Positions 13,071 through 26,588 of a stretch of 64,000 nucleotides of DNA are shown here, piece by piece; position 1 is the stretch's first letter; every line of letters begins with the position of its first letter. The notes beneath the pieces are model-generated. The model was not told the origin of the DNA, ran no database searches, and saw only the letters and a program-made list of their open reading frames with translations. This DNA is from Octopus sinensis (taxonomy: Eukaryota): assembly GCF_006345805.1 (NCBI RefSeq), contig NC_043003.1, positions 53,816,001 through 53,880,000 on the forward strand. The letters are read 5' to 3'. Made by a program: the position numbers and the translations under genes.

Positions 13071-13389
13071 GTTGTCATATTGCTCACGTAAGCTGCTGAT
13101 GATATGTAGTCCGGTACAACTGTTCTATGATCGGATTGTTTGAGACTAAATAGGCTCTCCTGCTTGGCAAGGAAGCGTGTTAACCCAGCAAGACAAAAAA
13201 ATAAAAAAAAAGAAAAAGAAAAGGAAAGAAAAAGAAAAAATAAGCATTACTTGGCAAAAGAGACGGATAAATCCAGCGAGGGGTCAAAAACTATTTAGTT
13301 ATCCTGTGGAATGGCAAACAAGCGCTGGATGAACATCTGGGAACGACGAAACCCCTAGTTCTTGATAGAACATTTGTTTAGGAGAAGGA

Positions 13390-13652
13390 GTGGAGGCGCG
13401 TGGCTTAGTGGTTAGGGAGTCAGCATCATGATCGTAAGATTGTGGTGTTGATTCCTGGACCGGGCGACGCGTTGTGTTCTTGAGCAAAACACTTCATTTC
13501 ACGTTGCTCCAGTCCACTCAGCTGGCAAAAATGAGTAACGCTGCGATGGACTGGCGTCCCGTCCAGCTGGGGAACACATACGTCATTGAAACCGGGAAAC
13601 CGGGCCCATGAGCCTGGCTAGGCTTTAAAAGGGCGCATTTGTTATTATTTTT
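13390..13652 (+). mobile_element. Intact tRNA-derived SINE with V-domain-like core and 13-bp TSD
   Basis: TSD TTTAGGAGAAGGA at 13377-13389 and 13653-13665; A/B boxes; CTGCGATGGACTGGCGTCCCGTCCAG resembles the V-SINE core. Confidence 0.9.
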
Positions 13653-13749
13653 TTTAGGAGAAGGATATTCTGATTTAAAGTCTGATGATCGTTCCAATTC
13701 TAGTCTTTCTTACTAGTGCTGGGCCAAATGAATGTCAGCTGTTTTGTCT

Positions 13750-14145
13750 GAAAAATGAGCACTGTTCTGCGCACGCTTCTTTTACTATAATCAACTTCAC
13801 ACACAGAAACATTTTGGAAAATACGCTTCAGATAAACAAGGTATTTTAGTGATAAGATCTGGAAGAGCAGATAGGGTTGACCAGCTGAATGTATTTAATT
13901 CAAACCTGCATAAAGACGACATGGTAAGCTTTTTGATCAAGCAAAGTGATGAAGAGATTCGGCTGCAAGGCGAGTGACTGACCAATCCTTTCCTGGAATA
14001 ACACTATTCACCCGTGATCCAAGTAGAACCTAAAATAAAAGGGAGCGGGGGGGGGGGCTAATCACAGCTTGCCTAATTATTGAACTAGCCAGCAACCATG
14101 TCGCTGGCGACTGGTTTCTTTTTGTGGGTTTCCATAGCAACATTC
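13750..14145. promoter_or_regulatory. Promoter-like island with two RFX X-boxes, a CCAAT box and an NRF1-like site
   Basis: GTCGCTGGCGAC (14100-14111) and GTTTCCATAGCAAC (14128-14141) fit GTYRCY-N0-3-RGYRAC; TGACCAATC ~13978; TGCGCACGC ~13768; ATG|GTAAGC at 13921-13929. Confidence 0.45.
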
Positions 14146-14599
14146 AAGAAATTTACCGCTTTTTCAATGAGTAGTCATTCTCGGACACGAGTTGACTTCT
14201 TCTGTGTATGTATGTATGTATTTATGTATGTATGTATGTATGTATGTATGTATGTATGTGAGTGTGTGTGTGTGAATGTGTGAATGTGTGTGTGTGCGTA
14301 AGTATGAATGAATATATGCATATGAATATGCTGGAGCATAGCAGATCCTCATAGTTTTTCAAAGTATACTTCTTAAACACTTTTGTACATTGCTCAGACC
14401 TTTTTTCATAAAATGTTTGTTGAAGATAATTTATTGTGATTTCTGAACTCTTCTATGAATAGAAACTGTATGAATACATTACTTATTAAGATGTTATACG
14501 CATTAAAATATGAATATACATTATTTATAGATATATACGTTTGTAACACGCTGTACATTGGTAGTAATATACACATGCCTGTATGTATGTGTGCGTGTA

Positions 14600-14677
<78 letters not shown>

Positions 14678-15028
14678 CTATATATATATATATATAATAT
14701 ATATATATATACATATATCTTCTGTTTTACTATATGTATATGTATCACTCTTTCTCTCTCTCTCTCTATGTATATATATATATATATATAGTTATATACA
14801 TATACACATATTTAGATGGGTGTATGTGTGTGTGTTTGTGTGTATGTTTGTTTGTGTATGTGTGTATAAACATATGCACAAGTACTTCAGTGTGTATGTA
14901 AACACACGTTTTCATCGCAGTGTTTGTGTGTGTGTGTATATATATGTACACACACACACACATACACACATTCACATACATAGTACACAAACATACACAT
15001 ACACACACATATAATGTATACGTATATG

Positions 15029-15091
<63 letters not shown>

Positions 15092-15129
15092 CTCTCTCTC
15101 TCTCTCTCCCCTCCCCTCTCTCGTTATAT

Positions 15130-15202
<73 letters not shown>

Positions 15203-15508
15203 CTTACATATACACACTCACACACTTAGACGCATACACATTCAGACATGAATATTATTATTAATAGTAGTATATGGAGAATTATTATGTGGTCAACAAA
15301 ACATTATGACAGTTTTGATGTTGTGTAACTAAATTGTTTGTTTTGTTTTTCACATTTTATTTATCTATTTATTTTGCTTTTATTTAACATCTCATATTTC
15401 GATGCGCTCCAATATTGTTTTATTAAAATCAACAAGTAGACAAATTCAGTTTTAATAAAAAAATCCATGCACAAGTTATTATTTGAAATCACCGCAGCCG
15501 ACCCCATC

Positions 15509-15545
<37 letters not shown>

Positions 15546-15548
<3 letters not shown>

Positions 15549-15724
15549 TCATCTCCATCAGCCGACACCTTTTTGACATTAAATATCTTGGAAATATATT
15601 AAAAATGCCTTTGCCTCAAGAAAATTAAAGAAAAAGAGGAAGAGATATAAGCAAAAATTCAATATTCACCTGAATTCCCTGTTCTAGTGAATGTGTGAAT
15701 GTGCCCACCTGTTTCGACTTCATG

Positions 15725-15795
<71 letters not shown>

Positions 15796-15800
15796 GTCTG

Positions 15801-15850
<50 letters not shown>

Positions 15851-16078
15851 AAGCACACATCATGTATGCGCGTGTGCGCGCGCGCATATCTGCGTATATA
15901 TGCATACACATGCATACAAGTAGACACATACACAGACTCACGTATATGCTTGAGTGTATATGTATTCTTATAATTATGTATATATATGTAAGTAACTGTA
16001 AACATACATATATATAACATCACACGCAGCTCCATATATATATACACACACATACACACACAAATACACATATATATA

Positions 16079-16118
<40 letters not shown>

Positions 16119-16295
16119 CTTCATCTCCATCAGCCGACACCTTTTTGACATTAAATATCTTGGAAATATATTAAAAATGCCTTTGCCTCAAGAAAATTAA
16201 AGAAAAAGAGGAAGAGATATAAGCAAAAATTCAATATTCACCTGAATTCCCTGTTCTAGTGAATGTGTGATGTGCCCACCTGTTTCGACTTCATG

Positions 16296-16386
<91 letters not shown>

Positions 16387-16387
16387 G

Positions 16388-16461
<74 letters not shown>

Positions 16462-16676
16462 AAGCACACATCATGTATGCGCGTGTGCGCGCGCGCATAT
16501 CTGCGTATATATGCATACACATGCATACAAGTAGACACATACACAGACTCACGTATATGCTTGAGTGTATATGTATTCTTATAATTATGTATATATATGT
16601 AAGTAACTGTAAACATACATATATATAACATCACACGCAGCTCCATATATATATACACACACATACACACACAAAT

Positions 16677-16690
<14 letters not shown>
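15546..16690. repeat. Near-identical tandem duplication, period ~572 bp
   Basis: TCTTCATCTCCATCAGCCGACACC... at 15546 and 16118. Unique parts almost identical, (TATC)n lengths differ. Confidence 0.93.
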
Positions 16691-16718
<28 letters not shown>

Positions 16719-17128
16719 ATACATACATACATACATACATACATACATACATACATACATACATACATACATACATACATACATACATACATACATGCAT
16801 ACATACATATCCTCTTTTTTTTGCTGCGTTTGTATTTGTTTGCTAAATTTCTTTTTTAATATAAAGAACAGAATATTTCTTCCATCAATATAATTTCGTT
16901 CAAAGAATACAATTTTGTTGCGAAATTTGTTCTTAATACAGGAAGTAGAAGGAAGGCGGGGAAATAAAAGTTAGCTCTAAGTTCAAGGATATTTGATCTC
17001 AGAAACTTGAGTAACAAAACTCAATAATGTTGCTGTTGTTTAGTTGCCCTGATGTTCATTCCGTCATCTCTATACAGCCCACTATTTAAAATGTTATCAA
17101 GAATCATGCACTCTGAATTTATATTATA

Positions 17129-17565
17129 CTAGTTCATGACCCGTTGTTTAACACCAGATCAAAATACATATTAGTTTTTAACTGTTTTTATTTCTATATA
17201 CAACGTTATATACACCAAGCCACAGGCTAGAAATTTTGACAATCAAACAATGTCTGTGTTTACAATATTTTTTTAGTGAATTTAGCATTTTCATAATTGG
17301 GATGCCTGTAAGATCCTCTTGTATACATTCTTCGTTCATGACAAAGTGTGCAATAATAAAATTTATATTAAAATCGCTGTACGAAAATAATCATTCGAGT
17401 ATTTTCTGAAATGATTGAATAGAGGAAACTGAAGTGGACAATGCTTTTGAGTAGTCTAGGTTACTTGTGTATGATGGTGGTGGGGAAGAGGTCGAAATAA
17501 TAAAAACAATGATAGATAGATAGGTAGATCGATAAACAGATAAATGACAATTCTTATTGTAAAGA
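17129..17565 (-). mobile_element. Putative non-autonomous Helitron
   Basis: Minus strand begins TCTTTACAATAAG followed by a microsatellite and ends ...GGGTCATGAACTAG|T. The terminal hairpin is degraded. Confidence 0.4.
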
Positions 17566-18343
17566 AAGTAATTTATTACAATTTTACAGAGAAAAACGAA
17601 TATTTGTTCGTAAGTTTTCTTAAGAGAAATTTAAAGAACGGAGATTCATCATTTTCTCTCCATTCTGTAACTAATTTATTTTCAAAAGAATAAAATATTC
17701 TATTTTTTAAAGTGGTCGCTTAATGTTTTTAACGACCGTGTTAAAAATTATATATATATGTGCCTGTGCATTCATTTATGCATTTATGCGTACGTACGTA
17801 CATGTATACATAAATATCTGTTTACATACAGAGCGAGAGAACGAGAGAAAGCAAGAGGGAGGGAGAGAGAGAGAGGGAGATAGAGAGTTGCGAATCAAAC
17901 CGTAAGTTATATTACAGATAGACATATTTCACAAAAATCATAATAATGATTAATTTCTAGCATAGATATTCGGCCAGAAATACGGTGGGAAGGTACAGTT
18001 AGTACGTAAAAGACCTCAAATAACTGAAGAGAGCAATGTCGGCTAATATAGGCACATGGCTTCATATATTTGTCGAATATATATGCACAAGTTCACAAGG
18101 CAGGAGGATCCAGTTTGTTAACATAGGTACAAGGTTTCAAATATTGGGTGAAGAGGAGGTTAGTTGGCTAACATTGGTACAGGCCCAAAACATAGGAGGC
18201 GGGTAGAAGCTTACTATTATTTTATAGTTCAGTCTATGATTTTTATCAGTGCCTCGGAGACAAGTTGAAGAAGAAGGAAGTGTAAGAAAAGTTATCCTGA
18301 GGTTGGAGGCATGGCCCCCAAATGCTTGCAACGGAGGGGACTC

Positions 18344-18458
18344 TACGTGGGTCGGCTGAAAATTTCATAGGTCGACCAAGATACTCCCATGGAATGTGGC
18401 CAACTGAGTTTTATTTTTCAACATAGTTCTCTTTGTAGTCCATACACTTCTTCCATCG

Positions 18459-18460
<2 letters not shown>
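18344..18460 (-). mobile_element. Mariner 3' end fragment
   Basis: Minus strand encodes HRWKKCMDYKENYVEK* followed by a TIR homologous to 30230-30256. Confidence 0.8.
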
Positions 18461-18516
<56 letters not shown>

Positions 18517-19116
18517 ATAGCAGTATTGCCCGGCTCAACGGGGATTTCAGGGGAGAGTTTCAGTGAGTCGCTGGCGATGCATCGTGATGATCAAAAATCC
18601 GGCCTGCTAAAATTTGGTTAAAGTGATTCAAACTGCAGACTCAACGCAAAAACGTCACATTTAATTCAAAGCGTTAAAATGTTATGAAAACAATTGGTAT
18701 ATGTTCACAAAGTCCAAACGATTAATACTAAAAAACCCTCCAGGCTACATCCCGAAAATTAATTTCTTTGCCGAATTTCTACAATGTTTACGGCGATTTG
18801 TTTCTATATCTTGATTTTTTATTTTTCATGCAATTTACGCATGCTTGCACGCGTGGTGAACACAGTTCCCGTCAAACAGCGGACTGAATAAAGTTCACTA
18901 TTCAATGCATAGGATAAGGCCTAAACAAACACATTATCGATTTTTGCACTTGCGAGATGAATTTCGGAACAGAAATAGCGCAGTTCAATTTTCATTCGCC
19001 TAAACTTTTAGTGACCCATTTATCGTGGTTCTACGATTTGTTGGCTAGGATGAGATGTACCGGGAAGTTAAACACACAGACACACACACAGATACACACA
19101 CAGACACACAAGTTGA

Positions 19117-19125
<9 letters not shown>
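18517..19125 (-). mobile_element. Putative non-autonomous Helitron/HINE-like element
   Basis: Minus strand 5' TATATATAAAACTCAACTTGTGTGTCTG with microsatellite; 3' hairpin CCCG-TTGAGC-CGGG followed by CAATACTGCTAT (CTAG-like). Confidence 0.5.
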
Positions 19126-19155
<30 letters not shown>

Positions 19156-19158
<3 letters not shown>

Positions 19159-19322
19159 TACGACGGGCTTCTTTAAGTTTCCGTCTACCAAATCCACTCA
19201 CAAGGCTTTGGTCGGCTTGAGGCTTTAGTAGAAGATACTTGCTCAAGATGCCAAGCAGTGGGACTGAACCCGGACCATGTGGTTGGTAAGCAAGCTACTT
19301 ACCACACAGCCACTCCTGTGCC
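19156..19322 (-). mobile_element. Long CORE-like SINE, 5' half
   Basis: Reverse complement of 3283-3450. Confidence 0.9.
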
Positions 19323-19910
19323 TATAAAGAAAAAGGTTTTACCGTACGCGTGGGACACGAACCCACGCCTGTTTGTCTACGCGACCGAGTGTGCTACTGA
19401 TTACACTAACGAACTATATATATGTATGTATATATATATTATTAATAATCATACTAACGCACGAAACTCCTGGTTCTTGAATCACTCTGTACCTTCTTCT
19501 GCCGACTGCACTTCGGACTACATGATCCATATGTATCCTTTTCATCATATTATATTTATCTAATTAAATATCATTAGAATTTGTATAAAAGCAACTCTTA
19601 AAATGTTTTGTGTATTTTAGAAGTATAACCACTTTATTGCACGTAATTTTTAACAACAAAATAAAATCTTATGAAGATCCCAAACGATAATATGGACCTC
19701 GGTTAATAAGCAATGGTACAGAGACTCGATTCGCTAACGATTGTAGTTTGGCCGTTTAGCCCTAGGTAGGCCCTGAATAAAATGCAAGCCCTTGATCAAA
19801 TGCTTTCCAGCCATTACCAAATCATTTTATCCAAACTCAATTGCAACGTGGAAAGTGTTTATAAACATAAAAACATAAAAAATCTTTAGATTCACTTCAA
19901 CATTTAAACT

Positions 19911-20183
19911 TGTTATTTGTTCCTTTTCGAGCCACGCCTGGCCCATAAGGGCCGGTTTCCCAGTTTCTTTGGCGTATAGGTTCCCCACCTGGACGGGACG
20001 CCGGTCCGTCGCAGGTGAGCTGCAAGATGCAGGAGGAAAGAGTGAGAGAAAGTTGTGGCGAAGGAGTCAGCAGAAGTTCGCCATTACCTTCTGCCGGTGC
20101 CACGTGGAGCTTAGGTGCGATCCGAACCCGCGATCCCTCGACCGCGAGTCCGCTGCTCTAACCACTAGGCCATGTACCTCCAC
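19911..20183 (-). mobile_element. tRNA-derived SINE with V-like tail and 9-bp TSD
   Basis: Head GTGGAGGTACATGGCCTAGTGGTTAG; tail CTGCGACGGACCGGCGTCCCGTCCAG; ACATTTAAA at 19900-19908 and 20184-20192. Confidence 0.88.
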
Positions 20184-20198
20184 ACATTTAAATTTAAA

Positions 20199-20280
20199 GT
20201 ACTTATTCTATCGGTCTCTTTGCCGAAACACTAGCATCGGCTGTCAAGTGATGTTGGGGTGGGGGGCAAACACAGACACA

Positions 20281-20368
<88 letters not shown>

Positions 20369-20556
20369 ATATATATATACATATACATATATACAACGGG
20401 CTTCTTTCAGCTTCCGTCTACCAAATCCACTCACAAGGCTTTGGTCAGCCCGAGGCTATAGTAGAAGACACTTGCCCAAGGTGCCACGCAGTGGGGCTGA
20501 ACCCGGAACCATGTGGTTGGTAAGCAAGGTACTTACCCCACAGTCACTCCTACACC
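20199..20556 (-). mobile_element. Long CORE-like SINE with internal microsatellite (lacks extreme 3' tail)
   Basis: Homologous to 3283-3660. Confidence 0.9.
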
Positions 20557-20994
20557 TATAATTTGTCAAAGTATTTTCATCGCTTTGAAACCGCGACCTG
20601 TTCACTGACTAAATTCCGTGCGTCTCTCTCTTTTAGGATGGTAGGATATTATCCGAGAGAAATTTAGCTGCTTTTTCTAGGAAGTCGAGTGTCCACCGAT
20701 GTTGTTAGTAATTGAAGCTGTTGATGTTAGGAACTTACTCATTTCCGATATCGTGATTCCTATCCTAGCAGCTGCAGATTTTGTTCAGGAACGTAATTAG
20801 CTCTTTACACTGGTTGATAAAGTTCTTAACGTAACAACCACACAAGATTTATTTCTCAACAAACCTGCTATAGTCCAATGATTCGCCTCATTATAAAACC
20901 TAATCCACCCATCCAGCCTCAATACATTGCCATTAAATCTAATAGTAATTATTTTTGCAAATAATTTATCATAACAATGTGGAAACATTGTCTT

Positions 20995-21470
<476 letters not shown>

Positions 21471-21929
21471 ATTTTTCGTCAACAAATATTACACAAGATC
21501 TTGAACAACTTGAAGTTAAGTTACCTTTGTTGTAGCAGTTCAGCTCTATAGCTGTCTCACCAGAATATAACTGCTTCAATTCCATAATCATGGAAGATGT
21601 TTGTGCAAAGATTCATGACATCGAAAGATAGAATGAGGGATTTCTTTCATCTACGGTTTGCAGAAGGTAATTTAATAAATCTATGCCGTGTCTTGTAAAA
21701 CTTCTTGTGAGTTTTAAGAAAAGTTTGAGTAGAGCACGTAAGAGGTTACTCAGACCGTTAATTTCATACAATGGATCAAATATTGGTTATTACAATTGGT
21801 ATTAATTCCAGATCATTTGGTATGGGAACGCTAATACATATGTCTATAGTTTATTTATATGCTTCACTAAATTCTTTGTTTTTGTAAATTTTTGGGATGC
21901 TATAGAAAAACTTTAGTTTTGAGTGGTTT

Positions 21930-22907
21930 AGAGCCAAAAAACCTCATCTGCATTGCTGAACCTCCGTCCGTGCAGGAATTGAATCATGCTTTGGAAAAGG
22001 TGATATTGACTATAGGTAGAGAGAGACAATGCCCAGCAGTGTGTGCTAGGGTATTGTCATGCCGTAGGAGTTATTGATTGATCAATGCTGGGAAACAGGC
22101 TTTCAAAGCATTATATACTCGCTGTAGTTGTTGAGTACAAAGGTTAGTGTTCACAGCATGACCATCTAGGACAGGCTCAAAAATGCAACAACCCTTCCAA
22201 ATTCCACCAAACACACAAAATGCCTTTCAGTTCAAACTGTCCTTATTTGATAACAAGTTCTGAAGCCTGCTCGGAACGAAATCACTGATTTCTCTTAGGA
22301 TTACGAAAATAGACCCATTTTCATCTCCAGTTATAATTCGACGCCCAAAACGAATATATCGAAGATTTGCCAGCAGTTGGCTCCAAATGTTCATTGGTCA
22401 GTTCATGAAGAGCTTCTCGATGGCGTTTGTTCACAAGGCCGAGCTTATGGAAGTGTTGATTGATGGTGCTTTGTGAATGACTAAATTCTGCCCAGAATGT
22501 GCTTGTTCACTGTTCAATCATTTTAAGCATAGCTTTATCTTCCACAATAGAAGGGCTCTCTTACCTTGGTTTGTCCTTGAGGCTGACATCATTTGCTTGA
22601 AACATCTGAACCGATTTTGTGCCACACATTCGTTGACAGTTCCTGGGTCTCCAACATCATTAATTTCTTTTGCCGCTGTTCTAGCACTCTGTCCTTTTTT
22701 TGAGTGGTAGCGTAAAATGGCTCTAATAACAACTTTTTCACCTCTCATGATCAAAGCTGTAAAATGAATAATAAACATTTAATGTTTATATGTCATATAT
22801 GAAAATAAAGAATAAACAATGCAGTATCAAATTAACGACATAACATGGAGATACAAATTGCCTAAATCGTTAGTGAAAATCCGAAAAAAACTTTTGACCT
22901 GCTGATA
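21930..22907 (-). mobile_element. Decayed mariner (Hsmar1-like) with transposase pseudogene
   Basis: EKVVIRAILRYHSKKGQSARTAAKEINDVGDPGTVNE, RIITGDEKWVYF, CVWWNLEG, LRHDNTLAH, HLFQSMIQFLHGRRFSNADEV; TIR remnant near 22880-22907. Confidence 0.9.
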
Positions 22908-22997
22908 CAAGACTTTTGTTGTTTTCTGTACCCTACAAGATTGTCGACTTCTTTAATCTTTATTTCGTTATCTTTTTTTTGATTTGGTTATCTATCT

Positions 22998-23056
<59 letters not shown>

Positions 23057-23877
23057 TCTCCCTTTTAGTTGTGCTGAAGCTGAAGTCGTTTTGTTTGTGC
23101 GTGTTTTTACATGTGGTTAATTTAGAATGTAGTCGCAGCGATAATCAAGTTTGTTCCAACCTTTTGTTGGAGTATAGTTGCTTTTGTGTCTTATTACCGA
23201 TTCATCATCGTTATTCTTATCGTATAGCTCTTCTGTGAGTCGTAATTTTCTGCAGAATTCTGAAATGTTGTCTTTAATTTCATTGTAATTAAGTCTTCAA
23301 AGCGTTGGTGTAAACTTAAGTCCTTTTGATATCGAATTCAGTAGAGGCCTGATACATATTCATAATATCCAAACTAAACAGGATTACATATACACTGATG
23401 GGTGCAGTCGATCAAATAAGCGCCTATGCAAGCCTGTTTTCATTGCATATAACATATACACACGCAACACAAACATACACACACACACACAGAGAAACAT
23501 ACACATGCATGCACTGCACACACATGCATGCGCGCACACTTACAAATAAAATCCAGATGCAAGAAATCCTTATCAGGTAACTAAAATGATATAAAAAGAA
23601 AAGAAATATAAGCTACGTCAAACCAAGACGAAGACATTAGCTACATCACAGCCAACTATAAGAGAATGACCTCGAGATAATATCTTTCCATGAGGCATAA
23701 TATGGCCGCCAGAGCAATCTGTAACAAAACATAAAGAAAAGAAACAAAACAATCACAAACAATATGAACACATCGAAACCAATTGATTAAAAGAATATTG
23801 GTGATCACCAAATATATAAACAGCCATACGAATACACCACCGACCTGATATTGTAGTTTTGGATTACAAGTAAATAC

Positions 23878-24385
23878 ATTGTTATTATTTAGTTTGATTC
23901 ACGTTCGGTCTTATTCCTGGTAGGATTTATGCGGGTAGCGGATTATTACCTGTAACCTTAGGTTTCCAAAGAATTTTCAGTAGTTTTTCAAGTGCTTAGA
24001 ACCCTGTTGATAATCCCCGCTGTCCTTAAGAGACAAACTTTCTATAGGAATTCTACAGGGCATTCTACTCCAATCTCTTTTAGCCGTTTGTCTATATCTT
24101 TGCTTACTGTTCCCAACGCACCGATTATTATAGGCACGACATTTACAGTTCTTATATTCCAAATTCTTCTTATTTCAAATTTTAAGGGATTGTATTTGTT
24201 TTGTTTTTCGTCCGCTTTCTTTACGATCCTGGAATCAAACGGGCATGATGGGTCGATTAGTAAGCAACTTCGCTTTCCCTTTTCTATAATTGTTGTGTTC
24301 GGTCTTTTATTTTCCAACTTAGTCCGTTTGAATTGGAAATTCCTACAAAATCTTACATCACCATGAAGTGGGTTCCACAAGACTA
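23878..24385 (-). mobile_element. R4/Dong-like LINE 3' end: restriction-like endonuclease domain plus 3' UTR, 5'-truncated
   Basis: RPNTTIIEKGKRSCLLIDPSCPFD...EKQNKYNPLKFEIRRIW...VVPIIIGALGTV matches the RLE (PD..D..K..KY) signature; ends in an (AAT)-like tail. Confidence 0.92.
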
Positions 24386-24816
24386 GCTGTCCATATAACA
24401 TCAATATGGTAAATAACTAATAGAGCAGAAAGAAGTCATTTATGGATCACCGATGAGAAATCTGCAGTTTTATATAAATTTCGTCTGGGTATGTACTAAC
24501 TCAGAATCCTGGAGAAAAAAAATGTTACTTAATAATTGATACGTTACAAATGATATCTGAGACCATAAAAATGTAATCACTTAAGTATTTCGTCCCTATA
24601 GAGCATAGGTCATTAACGACTTTTCTCTTACGTTTCTAAATCCGGACAAAGCGACTCCCTTAGTATGAGTGGCATCCTCCATATGTTTCCTTGAGGGAAA
24701 CGGCTTCCTCTTTCTGGTTTTGTCACCGATGCTTCTATAACTTTGCTTTGATTTTTTCTCGGTTGGCTTTGCAGAAACCAAGGATTGATGAGAAGGCGAA
24801 ACCAAGGATTGATGAC

Positions 24817-25030
24817 AAGGCGGCGAGCTGACAGAAACGTTAGCACGCCGGGCGAAATGCTTTGCGGTATTTCGTCTGCCGTTACGTTCTGAGTTCAAAT
24901 TCCGCCGAGATCGACTTTGCTTTTCATCCTTTCTGGGTCGATAAATTAAGTACCAGTTACGCACTTAATACCTTTGTCTGTCCTTGTTTGTCCCCTCTGT
25001 GTTTAGCCCCTTGTGGGCAATAAAGAAACA
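24817..25030 (+). mobile_element. Short tRNA-derived SINE (AAGGCGGCGAGCTG head) with 23-bp TSD
   Basis: B-box GAGTTCAAATTCC; core GACTTTGCTTTTCATCCTTTCTGGGTCGATAAATTAAGTACC; TSD AGAAACCAAGGATTGATGAGAAG at 24773-24795 and 25031-25053. Confidence 0.92.
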
Positions 25031-25146
25031 AGAAACCAAGGATTGATGAGAAGTACTAGACATTCTTTAAACATAGCTCTTTGCAATATTACAGCTGAGC
25101 GAGTAGTCAGCTAAAACAAATTCTATAATTCTTAGGAAAACTTGAC

Positions 25147-25189
<43 letters not shown>

Positions 25190-25530
25190 CATACATACAT
25201 ACATACATACATACATACATGCTTTTCTACATATGATTTCGACATACCTAAAGTGTCGAAATCACGCTGACATAGGTTTGGTAGCTGACGAGGGAAGTTA
25301 CTGGATAATGTTAAATATATTTTCGTTTGCGCTAATGTCACTGCTCATTGTCAACATCCTGTTTGATTTGTTTCGCTTATCAAGAATAATACTGGTTCTT
25401 ATTTTGCTTTATTATACCTTGATAGAGTGTGTATCAGTAAAAAAAATGGTAAGTTTTTATATTAGAGAGATACTATTTTGAAAACTGTTTAAGTGTTTTA
25501 AATACGGAAATTCAGTTACACACACATAGA

Positions 25531-25682
25531 TATACACGTATGACGGGCTTCTTCCAGTGTCCTCCAACCAAATCCAATCACAACGCTTTGGTCGGGCCAA
25601 GGCTACAGCAGAAGACACTTGCCCAAGGTTCCTGGAGCTCGGGATTTGGAAGCAAGTTTCTTACCACAAAACCACATCTGCG
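25531..25682 (-). mobile_element. Long CORE-like SINE fragment
   Basis: Homologous to the 5' half of 3283-3450, with an internal deletion. Confidence 0.75.
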
Positions 25683-25686
25683 TCTA

Positions 25687-26588
25687 TACGCGGTCTGATC
25701 AATAAGTTTCCGGATTGTTGCCATAGTAACGAAGTTAAAGCATGGAGAGTGAAGCCGTTTGGCACAGCTTGACCTTCAGTCCTGCTGTGCATGTGCACTA
25801 AGTTTTAACGTTCTAGCTCTCTTCCGCTGTTTACAGCAGTGCTTGGAAAGAAGGCGTGTAATGTGTGATTGTTGCATTGACAATGACAGAGAAAGTAGAG
25901 CAGAGAATGAATCTGCATCAAATTTTGCCAAAAGCTTGGTGATACCTGCTCAGAGGCTTACTCAAAGTTTTCAAAAAGTTTCCATCGTTTTCGACACAAT
26001 CAAAGAGATCTTGTGCAACTGAAACCCGAGTGTCTTTTTGGTCAGCTGAAAGCAGTTTTGGCACAGACAACTTAGCAGACACGAGTCTCATACCCAAATC
26101 TTCAGAGATAATGGACTGAACTGAACCCTAACTAATCTGCACATCTGATAATTCACGGATGGCGATTCGACGATTTCTCCTCACAGCTGCACGCACATCT
26201 ACGATGTTTTTCGCAGTTCTGGTGGTTTCAGGTTTCCCAGAATGTTCGTCAATATAAACTTTTTTTCGGCCATCTTAGAAACGTCTGAACCACTCGTACA
26301 CTTGCGTGCGGTTCATACACTCCTCTCCATACACTTTCTGTAACTCTGCGCTGGCCTCTGAGCAGGTATTGCCATGACAACTTTCTCTGTCATGGTTAAT
26401 ACGACGAGCACACGCTACGCACCTTCCTTTCAAGCACTGCTGTAAACAGCGAAGTGAGCTAGAACGTTAAAATTTAGCGCGCATGCACAGCAGAATTGAA
26501 GGTCAATCTGTGCCTAGCAGTTTTAATCTGCGTGCTTTAGCTTCGTTACTATAGCAACAGTCCAGATACCTATTAATCAGACCTCGTA
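25687..26588. mobile_element. Non-autonomous mariner built from two inverted left ends
   Basis: ~250-bp inverted arms, TA flanks, MTEKVEQR/ICIKFCQKLG on + and a longer N-terminal transposase remnant on -. Confidence 0.88.

Noticed and set aside
13390-13470. tRNA genes at the SINE heads (also 55690-55762 and 63580-63652)
   Set aside because: A/B boxes are present but the acceptor stem is not closed, and they continue into SINE bodies with TSDs.
13797-13985. 62-aa minus ORF as a small protein
   Set aside because: Short, no recognisable homology, and more consistent with UTR or promoter sequence.
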